A stretch of 64,000 bases of DNA from Octopus sinensis (GCF_006345805.1 NC_043011.1:52402464-52466463); one strand, 5' to 3'. Positions 39,701 to 55,624 are shown, counted from the stretch's first letter. Notes: generated by a model from the sequence alone, not told the origin. A program made the numbers and translations.

Positions 39701-42700
39701 ATTGATATAAAATTAATATCTTTTATCTTTTGCTTGTTTCAATTGACTGTGGTCATGCTGGGGTGCCACCTTGAAGAAATTTTAGTCAAATGACTCGACT
39801 CCAGCTTGATACTTATTGTAGCGATATCTTTTGCTGAACCACTAAGTTACTGGCACATAAATGCACCAACACTGGTTGCCAAGTGATGTGGTGGGAGAAA
39901 CACAGGCTCAAAGACACACACACACATACGATGGGCTTCTTTCAGTCTCCATCTACCAAATCCATGAACAAGGCTTTGATCGGCCCAAGGTGCCACACAG
40001 TGGGGACCATGTGGCTGGGAACCATGCTTCTTACTACATGGCTACGCTTGCGTCTGTTATTAATATAAAAATCCCAGGCCTGTCACCAATACCTTTCTCA
40101 AACAGAATTAATCATAAAGCTAATAATCATTGTCATCTTTTCATTAGAAAAGGTAGAAAATGATGATTGATTGTAAAAATAACAAGTGTGCACATTCACA
40201 CGTATACACATACACACACACAAATCCATCCGTTCTGGTTTAAGGATTTAAATGGGAGGAATAACATTTTGGTGAAATGATTTGAACAAAGGTTCTTCCT
40301 TTTTCAGGGCGATGCATTAATTTTAGAAAATTTTCTTTCATTTGTTGTGTTACAGATAAATTTACAGAATCCAGTTTTTGGTAAGAATGAGACAGAAAGA
40401 TCCAATAGTATTGGTAAAATGATAAGTGAACTGAACATTATCAGAGAACAACTTCGACACCAAAATATTGTACGATATTACAAGACGTTTCAGTTGGGTA
40501 AGTTTTGGGGATAAAAATACTTATAAAGACAAGATTTTCATATCTTTATTATTCTAATATTTTGGACTGTTACTTAATCTTTCTATATGAAAATCATGTC
40601 TAACATTCATGGATATGCTTACAAAATCAAGAAACAACACAGTACCCAGGGCGTTTGGAAACATTTTTTCACACTCAGAATTGCTGAAACATGGAATAAA
40701 CTACCTGCATCTGAGCACCTTTTCAATCTCCACCTGTCTAACACCTGTGGACATGTTTACAAAGTCAGAAAACAGCACAGCTCCCACGACTTTCAGAAAC
40801 ATTTTTTCACGCTAAGAGTTGCTGAAGTATGGAACAAACTGCCGGCATCAGTTGTTAGTTGTAGGAGCACTGCATCCTTCAAAACTTCCATGCTTCCTGA
40901 GATTCGCCAACACTACACCTGATTTTCTCCCCTCCATACACACGCAAGCATGTATCTGACTCATACACTGTTCACTTCCCAGACATTTGTACATTACTGC
41001 ATATGCTTTATATGCACTTTTGACAAGTTGTGGTGCACCTGAGCACTGTATACAATAATTTCATTATTATCTGTTGTTAACTGTTGAAACACTACATCCT
41101 TCAAAATTTCCATGCTTCTTTAAATTTGCCAACAGTACACCTGTTGTACCCCCCACACCCATTTCTTTTTTTTCTTCTTTTTTTAAAAAACTTTTTCACT
41201 CTTCACTTCCTGTGCATATTTTAGCATGCTGGGCAAAATGCTTAGCATCATTTTGCCATCTTTATGTTCTGAGTTCAAATTCTGCTGAGATCGACTTTGA
41301 CTTTTATCCTTTTGGGGTCAATAAAATAGATACCATTTGAGCACTGGGGTCAGTTAAATCAACTAACCCCCTTCCTGCAAAATTTCATACCTTCTGCCTA
41401 TATTTTAGAACAAAATATTTCTCTTTACTAAAAACAAGGAAAGAACAGACATAAGGTGGTGTAGATTGGTATCTTGGAGTCTTTAGTCTATACAGGAGCC
41501 AATATCTCTAGCACCAGTGGCATGACAGTATACATCCCACAATCAGAACCATTTACCTAACTTTGCCAAAAGAAAAAAAAAAACTCACTCACACACACAT
41601 ACGCACAGTAACAAAGATGACTGGAATTCTCTGTTGTTATGTCTATTAGATGATAGGGATTGAAGACAAGTGACAAAACATTTCTCTGCACAACTTTTTT
41701 TCCAATAGTTTGACAATTCTGCAACATTTCATATGATTTAGATTGCCAGGAAACGAAAGAATTATGAGAGGTTAAAAGAGAAAGAGAAATATTGTTTAAA
41801 AAATACTGATGTAATGATTTTGCTATGTTAAAACTGCCAGGTCAGAAGTTATACATTGTCATGGAACTCATTGATGGTGCCCCACTAAAGGAACATTTTA
41901 ACTCATTGAAAGAGAAAAGATGTCTGTTTGAAGAATCAAGAATCTGGAACATATTGATCCAAGTAAGTAATGTATACATATAAAGCTAAAGTTGTCTGTG
42001 TGTGTGTGACAGGTTTGGTAGCCTTCAACTAACACTATCTCCTCCGAGACCATGCAGTGTAAGCTGACCAAAATTGAGAGTATGATAGAAGAAGGCTTGC
42101 TCTTCATTCCGTAGAACAAAAAATTCATATCGGACTATGTTAAGACCAGAAATTATTTACATAAAAAAAGTGCTTTGTTTCTGCCCAGGGTCCCTGTCTG
42201 TTTTGGCATGATTTCTACGGCTGGATGGCCTTCCTAATGTGACCCACTTTACAGAGTGTACTAGGTGCTTTTACACAGCACCACCATGGGTGCTTTTATG
42301 TGGTACCGGCATGGATGTTTTTTACACGACACCAGTACACATGAGCCCTCAAGATTAGGATTACTCAGTTAAAGAGGGATGCAATTTCACTTAATTTGGA
42401 AATACCGGTCTCTTGTCATCCCCTCTGTGAGACCCAACATCTGAAGATCCTTTCTTACCACTTTGTCCCACATACGTGTGTGTGTGTTTTGATGTTTGTT
42501 TTTATGTAAAGTTATAATAAAAACAATTCTACATTAAACTGAAGGATTACTCAATACTTCTTGTTGAGTACGTATTTATCATTTAACAAGAGTGATGGCA
42601 GTGACTTTGATCTTTCAGCCTGCTAGCCTTCATGCAGTGGAACTGAACCTGAAACCAATGGTTATGAAGCAAACTTCTTAACCCCACAGCAGCCATGCCA

Positions 42701-44423
42701 GTAGCTGTGTGTGTGTGTTCTTTTGACTTTCATGCACACAGAAACAAATGAAAAGCTGAAGGGGAGACCATGGTAGTAGCAATAGAAAAGTCAAAAAGAG
42801 GGTAGACTGTAATTCTGTAGGTGAGAGGCTGTAGTGTAATTGAGCATATCTATGGTCAAAAGTGACCATTCTATCTTTTGTCCTGGCCTTATGCATCCAG
42901 TTCTATTTCAGCTAATTGAGTATACACATATAATGACCAGTGTGTAAATGCTTGTACATTAACAGATGCTACTTGCGTTACGATATTTGCACAAAGAGAA
43001 GGGAATCGTTCATCGAGACTTAACCCCCAACAACATTATGATTGGTGAACAGGACCGTGTTACAGTCAGTGAGTTCAAGTTGGTTATCTTACATGTTTAT
43101 TGATGTCTTGTTTAGTTATTGTTCCAATGAATGTTGTTCTTTTTTATGGATTTATTATTATTATGTCCAGTATTGACTGAGGTCTTACAAATTTGTAAGA
43201 CTTGAGAGAGTAATCCTTGTCAGCCAGCATTTGTTGCTGGACTAAGGGTCTAGTGAAAATATTTGGAGGGCTGGCTTGATCAATCAGTCATCTGTGACAA
43301 CAGCAGCATTCAAGAACAGATTGGGTAGTGGAGAAAAAGCAGTGAATTCAGATAGCAATGCACACTGTCTTGTATATAGAGTATGCAGCACAGTTCTTAG
43401 CATTATGGTATATGTGAAGCCATTATATTTATGAATGGCAGTGAGTTATTTAACTGATTACATGTGTGTGATAGGTCTGCTCCATATGGGAAGACTAGGG
43501 CTACACAACAACAGTTATAGCAATTTGTACAGGCAGATCGAATGATAACAGCTGTGTGTGAGCTGGTTAGAGATATCTTCCTTTAAACACCTTGACAGTC
43601 AAAAATCACATTGGACACCTTGCAAAGATATATGTCAGTCAGTTAACAGATGACATTGGATATCAGCAAGAGAAGCTGTTGTGTGCTATGGAATATAGAG
43701 ACTGATGAAGGCTCAGCATCATGCAAATCTGAGCACGGTCAACCTGCTAATAATGCATGTGAGAATGGGGAATGAATTTAAGTGTTCTTAAATATCTAAA
43801 AACAACAATAATTCACTGAATAAATGACTTTATATACATATAAAGGTAAGATCCAAGGATCAAAGTGTAGGAAGTTAGTATGCTTCAAGCAGTGCGTAGA
43901 AGATATGAAAAAACAACTTTCAGGAACAATAGTGATTTATTGATGTAGGAGGTTGTAAATTTTCCCCATATTGAAGTCCGATAAGCTACAAAACGTTATT
44001 TTATAGTTTATGATTAGCAGCTGAGGTTGCTGTGTATGCGATGTGCAAATATCTTTGGCCTGACAAATAGCTAGCAGATTACCCATAGTTTGGGTAATTA
44101 CTACTTCTGAGGTTCTGCTAGCTATGAAACATATGTAGCTTGGGTTTTATCTACTCCATTCCCTAATTTTGGATATATATATATATAAACTCTCTCTTTT
44201 ACTCTTTTACTTGTTTCAGTCATTTGACTGTGGCCATGCTGGAGCACTGCCTTTAGTCGAGCAAATCGACTCCAGGACTTATTCTTTGTAAGCCCAGTAC
44301 TTATTCTATCGGTCTCTTTTGCCGAACTGCTAAGTTACGGGGACATAAACAAACCAGCATCGGTCGACAAGTGATATTGCGGGGGACAAACACACACACA
44401 CAAACACACACATACATAAACAT

Positions 44424-44477
<54 letters not shown>

Positions 44478-47400
44478 ACGATGAGCTTCTTTCAGTTTCC
44501 ATCTACCAAATCCACTCACAAGGCTATAGCAGAAGACACTTGCCCAAGGTGCCATGCAGTGGGACTGAACCCGGAACCATGTGGTTCGTAAGTAAGCTAC
44601 TTACCACACAGCCACTCTTACGCCTATATATATATATATATTATATGTAAGCCATCCTCATTTAACATCTGTTTTCCATGCTGGCTTGGGATGGATGTTT
44701 TGACAGGATCTGACAAGCTGCAGGACTGTACCAAGCCTCAATGTCAGATTTGGTATAATTTCTACAGCCAGATGTCTTTCCTAACACCCTAAAATATGCA
44801 TACATATATGTATGTAGGTCTTCATTTGGAACAAATACATACATTGTTTGCAGAATGGTATAGGCCCTGTACAAAGTGTTTACTCACTTTAAAAAGCTTC
44901 AGGCATTGGCATCACTTGATTTTTAACATTCGGTCTATGTGCTGAATGCTATGGGTGACCACAGATGAGAAAGGCAAGACACTCAATGAAAAATTCAGCA
45001 TGGATGGTAGGCTCTCTTAACACCTTTTGCGAAAATGTCCATTGTTGCCATCTCAGTGCAAAAGAGTGTTTAACCCTTTGGAATTTAAACCATCCATAGC
45101 CAGCTCAAATATTCAACTTGCTTTATGTTCAAACCAGTGAGATCCAGTCTCTCACACCTACCCTACAATGTCATTCTAAAAATATCTATCATCCCCTCAA
45201 AGTTTTGAAGCTGCAAGTTAACACATGGTTAATTCAAAACAATGTGAATAAAGAAGCACTATATTTAACAGAGTAATTTAAATGCTAAAACGTCAAGGGA
45301 ACAATTGAGTAATGGCACTGATCAAAACTGAGCTGCAACCATTATATATGTATAAACATTTATATGTACACACTGACAATCAGCAACAGCAACCATGCAT
45401 TGCACAGATCTCATGCAGCCCTCCATCTTCTTACATTTACTAAGAGAAACCCACCAATCTCTGTTCGTGCATGTAACTTTATTTTGACTTGGATTTTACA
45501 GCTGTTTCTGTTTCCAGTGCATGCACTCATGTACGTGCACACATATGCACATAAGTTTTTAGAAAAAATTTTTGATACAGTCACAGCAATTGAAAAAAAG
45601 ATGTTCTTAAATAAAAAATTATTAATAATAAAAAATAACCTTTAACCCTTTCATTACCAACCCGGCATAAACCGGCTCTGGCTCTGTAGTACAAATGTCT
45701 TGTTTTCATAAGTTTTGAATTAAAATCTTCCACCAAACTTTAGTCACAATTTATGTTCCTAACACTAGCTGAATGATAACTAAGTTATTTTACTAAATTC
45801 TTTGTTATAGTTAAAGTAATTGAAAGACACACAGAGCATCTCAAAATAAATACAGTAATGAAAGGGTTAAAAGATTATCATTAAATAATGTGTTTGAAAG
45901 TCTGAAAACAGTGAAAAGCATTTACACAAACATTTTTTCCATCAGATCCAAGTTAAAGTGCTTTTATAAAAAATTTTTTTACATATAATTAATTATACAC
46001 ACATGCACATTTTTCAAATGTGTGTGTGTGTGTGTGTGTACTGGAGTTATAGCTTCCTATAACATCTTGTCTTGTATATCACTTCTACAGCTGACTTTGG
46101 TCTTGCTAAGCACAACCAAGGGAAACAAAGAGAGATGACGTCTGTTGTTGGCACAATCCTTTATTCATGGTAAATCTATCTTATACTCTTTCTCCCTTTC
46201 CTTGTAACAGACTGTGACTCAGTGGTTAACCTACTGACTCACTGGCCTAACCTTCAAGTGTTCAGACCTGCTTCTCTCCTGCATTAAATTTTTAAAATAT
46301 CATATATTGCTGTTTTTTTCCAGTTTTTCTTTTTTTTGTTCTTCATCTCCTCCAGTTGTTATATTTTAAACCCCATTTCAGCTCTGACTTAAACAATTTT
46401 AAAAAATGTTATTGTTTTGTTCTGGAGAAAGGGGCTGTGTCCTTGGTTTTCAGAGTTCCCCCAAAGTTTTGTGAAATTGATGCAGTTAATATTTATTAAA
46501 ATGACAGCTACAAAAAAAAAAAAATGCCAGATGGGAATTCCATAAGGCCAGCATTCTAGGAAAGAAGAACTGAGGATAAGGGTTAATATAAGGGTCTAGA
46601 AGCAGTGGATACAATAAGGATGATGTGAGTAGGAGAGATGTGAATGCCTGAGTGTGGATGAAAGTATGAGAAGCAGAGGTCATGACAGTAGCAGTTGAAA
46701 GTCAGAGTAAGTGAAAACAGTAATTCTGTGGGTTAGAGGATGGAGTCTGATTGAGTATACCTATGATGAAAGGTGATCTAGCCATGACCTGACCATTCCA
46801 TCTTTTATTCAGGCCTTTTGTGTCCAATTGTTCTCAGTTTTTCTTTTTCAGTTTTCCTTTTACTGATAGTTTTTTTTTTTTTTTACAGCCCTGAAGTTAT
46901 CAAAAATGATCCTTATGGTGAGAAGACTGATATCTGGGCTCTGGGGTGTATTGTCTATGAAATGTGTACTTTACAGCCACCATTTTTCTCTACAAATATG
47001 TTGACCCTTGCCAAAAAGGTCAGTAGACATTATCTAAATGACTTCCTCGTTTTCATTACTTGTATTATTTAACTCCAGGTCAGGTGTGATCCAGCAGACA
47101 TGTGTATAAAGACTTTCTACCTGTCCATAATTCTATCTATTTTAGAATATCCATGACTAAATTATTTAAACCATCTTATTCTGTTCTTTGTAATGAACCT
47201 AAAATCATCAAGAATGGCATTGCTTATATGACAGATTTATTCACAAAATTCCATGAAGTTAATTTGCAACTGCAAGGATATGAGGTTAAACTTTATCACA
47301 TTAAAACCAGTCCTCTCCATGTTTCTGCCCAAGTTACAGCTTTTCAAATGTAACATATACTGTCATTAGTTCTTCCAGTTTCTGGGCCTCTCTGAATTAG

Positions 47401-50400
47401 GGAAGAAAAACCGCATACCAGAAGATGATGTTCAAGTGCATCGTTCACACCTGGATGAGCTGCACAGAAACATGTCTGACTGATTTCAGGATGTTTATTT
47501 TTGATTAAAATACCAGTCTATGTGATTCCTAGATATCATTAATGAGGAAACAAGAACAGCGGAGGAAGAACTGGTTTCACTTGAAAATGACATTAAGCTG
47601 AGGCCAAAGTTTTAAAAAATCATGTCAGGATTTGTGAAGCCATACATAAAAATAATCAAGAACAAGAGTGTGTCTGTCAGAGTATTGTTTACTACACACT
47701 GTGAGGGTGAATATGATTGGCTATTTAAATCCCCCAGACTCCTCTTCCACCTAACCAGAAGTCCAGTACCAGTTTAAGACCCATAGAGGCCCTAAGCACT
47801 AAAAAGATTTTGGTGCCTCCTTATATAATTTGAAATGTAAATGATAATAAACCATAAAATAAATTCTTATTTTTCAAAATAAAACAAAACTAGCAATGGA
47901 GAATAATGTTTATTTTTGTATACTTCCACTTTATTTATATTTGGAAAGTTTCCTCTATCTTTTTTAATTGCAAAATCTTTGATCAGATTCTCAAAATTAA
48001 TCTTACGTAAAACATCTGCTTCTATACTTTGTAGAGATAAAAGCATCCCGAATATTATTTTAGCAAGTTGAAAGTGATCTCTTTTGTGCTTTAAACCACT
48101 TACCATTTCTGTGGTGCCTCTCCTTCCCTTGATACCCTAAGCACATGCTTATTTTGCTTAATGGTTAATCCAGCGCTGCAGAAGTCCCTTCTGTGTGGAC
48201 CAGCTCACTAGCTAGCCCACAGTGAACTTCCTGTCTACAGTTCATCTGTTATCAATCCATGGACAGTACCCTACACTAGTCAACTATTAAGGTTTATGTA
48301 ATTGACAAACTGCCCCTCCCCCTAAAATTGCTGGCCTTGTGCCAAAATTAGAAACAATTATTAGGGTATATATAGGCTAATCATAATACAGGTGGGATAG
48401 GGGAAGATATTTTAGAGATAGTTTTTGAGGAAACTAACCTTATGTACGTTTAAGCTTTTGTTGGTGTTGAATTTATATATTTCAGATTGTAGAAGCAGAC
48501 TACAAACCAGTTCCTGAGAAACTGTACTCAGCACAATTGTTACAAGTGATCTCAAGGTATGGAAGATTTGTTATGCATTTCATGGCCTTCATTACGGACA
48601 TTACCTTAGCTCAACGTTAAAAAAAAATCACTCTTCTTATGTCTGGTTCCTCTTCTTCATCATTCCCTTCCTCTTCCTCCCTATGCTTTCCCTCCCCTTG
48701 CTCCTATCCTCTTCCCCATCATCAGCAGCAACACCATCATCAGTATCATTATCATCATCATCATCACTGCCATTACAGGGTGCGGAAGAAATACCTCCCA
48801 CATCTGAAAGGTTGACGAAATGAAAAAGAAACAACATTTGGGAAAAATTAATTTTACTGTTGTTTAAACAAAGGGTTACAGTTTTTGTTCATTAGCTAAA
48901 TAAAAGCATCATTGGCACTTGCATAAGTTCATTAGCCAGAAATAGGTGAAAGTTTAAAATGTGGGAGGTATTTCTGCTGCACCCTGTATTATCATTGCCA
49001 TCTTCACCATCATTATCATCACCATCTTTACAAGAGGCTCCTTTGTTGGCTAAGCATGTTATTGGTTGTTGTTATTGTTGCTGCTGTTGTTTCTGGTGGA
49101 TTTGGATTGAGTATTGTATTATATTACTGACCAGTTGCCTCTCAGTGAAACCTGAGGATCGACCAGATGTATACCAACTGACAGCACTAATATCAGACAA
49201 AATGCTCCTTCACATCGACTGCCTTCAACTCCGTGAGAACAGCTTGAAGAGAAAACTGGAAAAGGAACGTTCTCGGACGCAGAAGTGAGTAGAAACAACA
49301 TTTTGGTTAAAGCTTACCTTAATGTTATATTTATATTTTATATATTCTGTATAAATGCAGGTGGAGGCACAATGGCCCAGTAGTTAGGGCAGCGGACTCG
49401 TGGTCGGAGGATCATGGTTTCAATTCCCAGACCGGGCGTTGAGTGTGTTTATTGAGTGAAAACACCTAAAAGCTCCATAAGGCTCTGGCAGGGGGTGGTG
49501 GCGACCCCTGTTGTACTCTTACGCCACAACTTTCTCTCACTCTCTCTTCCTGTTTCTTGAGTAACGTTGCAATGGACTGGCGTCCCGTCCAGCTGGGGGG
49601 AACACATATGCCATAGAAACTGGGAAACTGAGCCCATGAGCCTGGCTAGGCTTGAAAAGGGTGAAAAAAAGAAGTATAGATGCAAGCATGGCTATGTGGT
49701 TAAGAAGTTTGCTTCCCAACCATGTGGTTTCAGGTTCAGTCTCACTGCATAGCATCATCAGCCAAGTGTCCTCAATTATTGCCATAGAGTCAACCAAACC
49801 TTGTGAGTAGATTTGTTTGACGGAAACTGAAAGAAGCTCATCATATGTATATATGTGTATGTACATACATATGTGTGTGCACAGGTGTGCATTTGTGCCT
49901 CTTTGTCTTCATGTCTGGGGATAGTTGCAAACAAGTGTCACTCTCATTCATGAGGTGTTATTCACTTCCACTTTTTTATAAAACATGTCCAGCCAGATGT
50001 AGGAGTGGCTGTGTGGTAAGTAGCTTGCTTACGAACCACATGGTTCTGGGTTCAGTCCCACTGCATGGCACCTTGGACAATTGTCTTCTACTATAGTCTT
50101 GGGCCGACCAAAGCCTTGTGAGTGGATTTGGTAGATGGAAACTGAAAGAAGCCCGTCGTATATATGTATATATATGTATGTGTGTGTGTATATGTTTGTG
50201 TGTCCCAACATCGCTTGACAACCAATGCTGGTGTGTTTACGTCCCCGTAACTTAGTGGTTCGGCAAAAAGAGACCAATAGAATAAGTACTAGGCTTACAA
50301 AGAATAAGTCCTGGGGTCAATTTGCTCGATTAAAGGCGGTGCTCCTGCATGGCCACAGTCAAATGACTGAAACAAGTAAAAGAGTAAAAGAGGGAGCCAT

Positions 50401-52596
50401 TGGGAAATATTTCTTGTTTAGAAACAGGTGGGGTTTGGTGATAAGAAGAACATTGAGCCATAGAAAATCTGCCTCAACTGATTCCGTCCAACCAATGCAA
50501 TCATGAAAAAGGTGTACATTAAATCAATAATGCTGATATGACTAATCAGGGCTGACCTGGAGCTAAACAACAGCAGCAACTATTCTTGCTGCTATAAATA
50601 GTGTGTGTGCTTGATATTCACTTGTTTAATTGATTAACTGTTCATTCTCTTTCTAGATACTTCTTTGAAGCTGTCAGCAATAAACAGAATTATCAGAAGC
50701 TATTTGTTGCCTCTCAAGAACACTTGAACCATTTCAGTGACCCTGCTTCTAGTTCTAGGGAAGAAAAGGTAATTATTTGTTACATTGTCTAAATGAGGTC
50801 AACCACTCACAAGTGTCCTGTAACATGCTGTACATTAAGGCTTAGAGATAGAGGTAGACCTGCAAGAATTGTTGTGTTATAAAGAGATTTACAATGTGTG
50901 ACACTTTCATTATAGGTAGAAATCACTTTGCATTAAAAAAATTTCCTTCTGATCTATGCCAACATAGATTGTCTTATTGAACAGAACTAACCATAATGTT
51001 TCATATTACATTAACATCCTCAGTGATGAGCAAGCCTCACTGTGGTCACTCGATCTACTAGAGATAATAGTCAAATCTCTCTTAAATCAACGTCCTACCA
51101 CCTTATTAAATAAAAAGGATTCTTTCAATAATATAATCTTAGATATACTATGTCTGAAATAAAGGGAAAAAGGGGACAGTCATGGTTGGACTGCTTTTAC
51201 TCATAGATCTGCTGTCACTGTTGTTAGTGGTGTTGATGATAATGGATATACTATCTCCAAATGAAAAGCAATTGATTGCCCAAAACCTATGGAACCTCTT
51301 TCTTTGATTCTAGGTTTGTTGGATCACGCTCTCCTGTTACTAAACTACAACAAAAACAACAAACCATACAGATTTGTGTAACTTTTGAGATAAATATAAT
51401 TATTTAGTTCAGACCCTTAGGAGACAACATAGAGGTAGACCAAGAATGAGATGGTTGGATAATATAATTATAATAATAATAATGAAATTATTGTATACAG
51501 TGCCCAGGTGCACCACAACATGTCAAAAGTGCGTATAAAGCATATGCAGTAATGTACAGATGTCTGGGAAGTGAACAGTGTTTGAGTCAGATACATGCTT
51601 GCGTGTGTATGGAAGGGAGAAAATCAGGTGTAGTGTTGGCGAATCTCAGGGAGCGTGGAAGTTTTGAAGGATGCAGTGCTCCGACAACTAACAACTGATG
51701 CCGGCTGTTTGTTCATTACTTCAGCAACTCTTAGCATGAAAAAATGTTTCCGAAAGTCATGGGAGCTGTGCTGTTTTCTGACTTTGTAAACATGTCCACA
51801 GGTTTTAGACAGGTGGAGTTTGAAAAGGTGCTCAGAGTTATTGTTTGTAAAATGGTTAATAAGCCAAGTCAGCTGCCAGACGTCGGAGTTTCAATGTGTC
51901 CATGCCCAGGGAAGAACACCTCAGCAACTGAGACCATATCCATGGTCTCAGTTGCTCATTGCTTGTGAATCTAGCCAGAAAAATCTAATGACAGTTGCTT
52001 CTGATAGGACCCTGTGGAGGAGGTACCTAAGGACTCTACTTCCACCCACAGGAATAGTGAGTGGGAAGAGAAGATAGTTGGATAGATGGATGGATGGAAT
52101 CACTTATTAAAACTCAAATGATGCCAGTGGTGGGGATGGAGATTTATTGTGTGGCTGAAGGTTTTACTGGTGTGGTTAAAGCAAGAACATCAAAAATATC
52201 TTCCAAGTCAACCTGCCCTTCCACCCCCCACCCCACCTGCAATCCACCTCTTCACCTGGCATTTTACATTAATGTTCAACTTATTACAGGAAGGTGATTA
52301 CGATTATTCTGTGGAGCTTGACTATAATGACAACAAAGGTAACAACAAAAAGGAACCATTTTCATTTGACAATGTCACAGAGACAGAAGATCAAGGTGAG
52401 GTCATCATTTTCTTTGTTATTATTATCATCATTGTTTTTGTTATCACCATGTTATCCATTATAATAACATCATCATCATTATCATCATCTCAGCTTTGTC
52501 GCCCTCATCTCATCATTACTATCCTTAACATTGTCATTAACATAAACATCATTGTTGTTGCTAGTTATTATCTCCATGATCATCAATGATGATATC

Positions 52597-52653
<57 letters not shown>

Positions 52654-54084
52654 GTTGGCATTAATGTTATTGAAGGATTGTCCATCGGTCTTGTTGCCTA
52701 GCAACCTCGTCTCCTTATCATCATGTTCATCAGTCGCCATCATTGTTGTTATCTTTATCATCATCAGTGTTATCATTGTAAGCATCCTCATCATCATCAC
52801 AACATCATCATCATCATCATCATTGGTGTAATTGAGAAATTGTTCATCAAGCTTATTGTCATCAGCATTATCATCATCATCGTTGACATTGTCTTCCATC
52901 GATGAAATAAGGAGTACCTGAGTACTGTGATTGATATAAGTGATTGATATACCTGAGTACTGTGATTGATATACCCTGCCTCAAAATTTCAGTAGAAAGG
53001 ATCGTTGTCTTCATCATCATCATCATTATCATCATCAGTGTTATCATTGTCCTCAATCATCATTAGCATTATCATAATTGTTGCCATTGGTGTTGTAATC
53101 TATCTCATCATCATCATCATAATCATCATCACCATCATCATCATCATCATCATGATTATTCTACAATATCCTTTTCCAGATGCTTGGACCAGCGAAGAAG
53201 AGCTGTACTTGAGTTACCACGGCAACTCTTCAGCTCTGAAGAAGCCGACCACTGATGATATCAGTGAGGCAGAGATGGATTCTTGTAATGGAATTGATGC
53301 TGTCAGCTTCAGTTCTTCGTCGTCTGCATCTGCAGACGCAGCTCAGACACCAGATAGTATTACAGTGGGGTGTGTGACGGAGGACAATGTTAGAAGAAGC
53401 CGTGATGACGACAACATTGGTAATACTCCCCACCACCCCTCTACCCCGGCCCGCACTGTACAGAAGGGTCCTGAGAAACACCAACAGACTGATAAACCAG
53501 CCCAGCTTTCATTGGTTATTCCAAACACAGGTAATATCATCAGCATCATCATCGACCTTGTCGTCATCATCATCATCACCACCACCATCATCTTCATCAT
53601 CATCACTGTCATCATCACAATCATTCCACCTCCTCGTTCTTATCATTGTCATTATCACAGCCATCATCTTCATCATCACTGTCATCATCACGATCGTTCC
53701 ACCTCCTTCTTATCATTGTCATTGTTGCCATCACAGCCATCATCTTCAGCATCACTATCATCATCATCATTGTCATAATAGTCATCATGATGATCCCTAC
53801 ACTTCTCCTCCTCTCCCCATATCATCATCATCATAAAATGTTTATTAGGGTTTATGACTGTGTGGTTAAGAAGTTTGCTTTGCAACCATGTGGGGCTAGG
53901 TTTGCTACCACTACATGCAACTTTGAGCAGGGGTCTTCGTCCACTGGCTTTAGTTGACCAGTGCCTTGAAATTCGAAATTGGTTGGTGGAAACTCTGCAA
54001 AACCTATTGCACATGCACACACATATATGATGAATGCTGGTGTGTGTGTACATATATGTATGTATATGCATACATACATATACA

Positions 54085-54131
<47 letters not shown>

Positions 54132-54205
54132 ACAATTTAACAAATAAAACATATGCATACATACATACATATATGTACATACCTACATCTATATGTATAT
54201 ATACA

Positions 54206-54241
<36 letters not shown>

Positions 54242-55335
54242 TACAGGACACCACAAATAAACGTAGAACACAACGAGAAACGAAAACAAAAACAAACAAG
54301 GAAATGAACTTTTTTTAACAATGAAAAAACAGAGTACAAGACAAACAATACAATATATATACATATATATATGTGGAGGTGCAATGGCCCAGTGGTTAGG
54401 GCAGCGGACTCACGGTGTAAGGATAGCAATTTCGATTCCCAGTCTGGGCGTTGTGAGTGTTTATTGAGCGAAAACACCTAAAGCTCCATAAGGCTCTGGC
54501 AGGGGGTGGTGGCGATCCCTGCTGTATTCTTTCGCCACAACTTTCTCTCACTCTTTCTTCTGTTGGCCTGCTCGCTTAGCCAGCGGGGTGGCGTCATTTC
54601 AAGGCTAAAACATTACGAAGTGCTTTGTGACCAGTGATGTGTAGCAACATCTGATAGCCTAGTCGGTCACGGTGATCATGGTGATATATATATATATATA
54701 TATACACACACACGTATGTATACATATGTGCATGTAGATATATATAAGTATTAACTATATACACTTTTCTGGAATAATGATATGTAAAATTAATCATACC
54801 TTATTTCCGTCATCAGTATAGTATTCCTATTATAAATTTGAGAGCACTAGTAATTAAGATATCCATTCGACCAAGCGCCATCAAACAAAATTAATATCCA
54901 AAAACCAGTACTTCCGAATTTTTGTCTGATGGTGCTTGGTCGAATAGATATCTTGATTGCTAGTTCTTTCAAATTTATAATTGAAATACTATACTGATAA
55001 CGGAAATACTATACTGATGCCTGTGTGAGTTGAGAGCATTGCTATCTGGGAGATATCTTATGGTAGTAGAAGAGTATTTAACTGCTATTTCTAAATTTCG
55101 GTATGTGGTGAACCAATTATGATTATGTTTATAATTTTAAAATTTTTGTATAAGTTTATCAATAATGGTTCTTTTAACATACCGAACAACTTGATAAAAT
55201 TAATAATTGTAAATTGATTAATTAATTTTACCCTTTATCATTATTGATTATATATGTATATATGTATGTATAAATGTATGTATATATATGTATATGTATA
55301 TATATATGTATATATATGTATATATGTATATGTAT

Positions 55336-55385
<50 letters not shown>

Positions 55386-55624
55386 TATGTATATATATAT
55401 ATATATATGTATATATATGTGTATATATATACGTCATGATAGATCGTCAGCTCCTACACGCATTTTTTTCTCTCCTTGTTTTTTTCTGTGTATCTTTCTG
55501 TCGAAGAGCGTTGGCTCGAAACATAAAAGACTTTTTCTATTTCTATTACTGAGTGCTATACTAATACATTTGTTTGTTTGTACTCCACCTGCCTTCGTCT
55601 TTTCTTTATTTTCGTAAACTTTCC

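Noticed and set aside
43695-43745. CTGATGA followed by a GCTCAG/CTGAGC hairpin
   Set aside because: No GAAA or cleavage triplet follows.
51314-51378. Possible extra NEK10 exon after TTCTAG
   Set aside because: It has an in-frame TAA in the required phase and a weak donor; exons 24 and 25 join without it.
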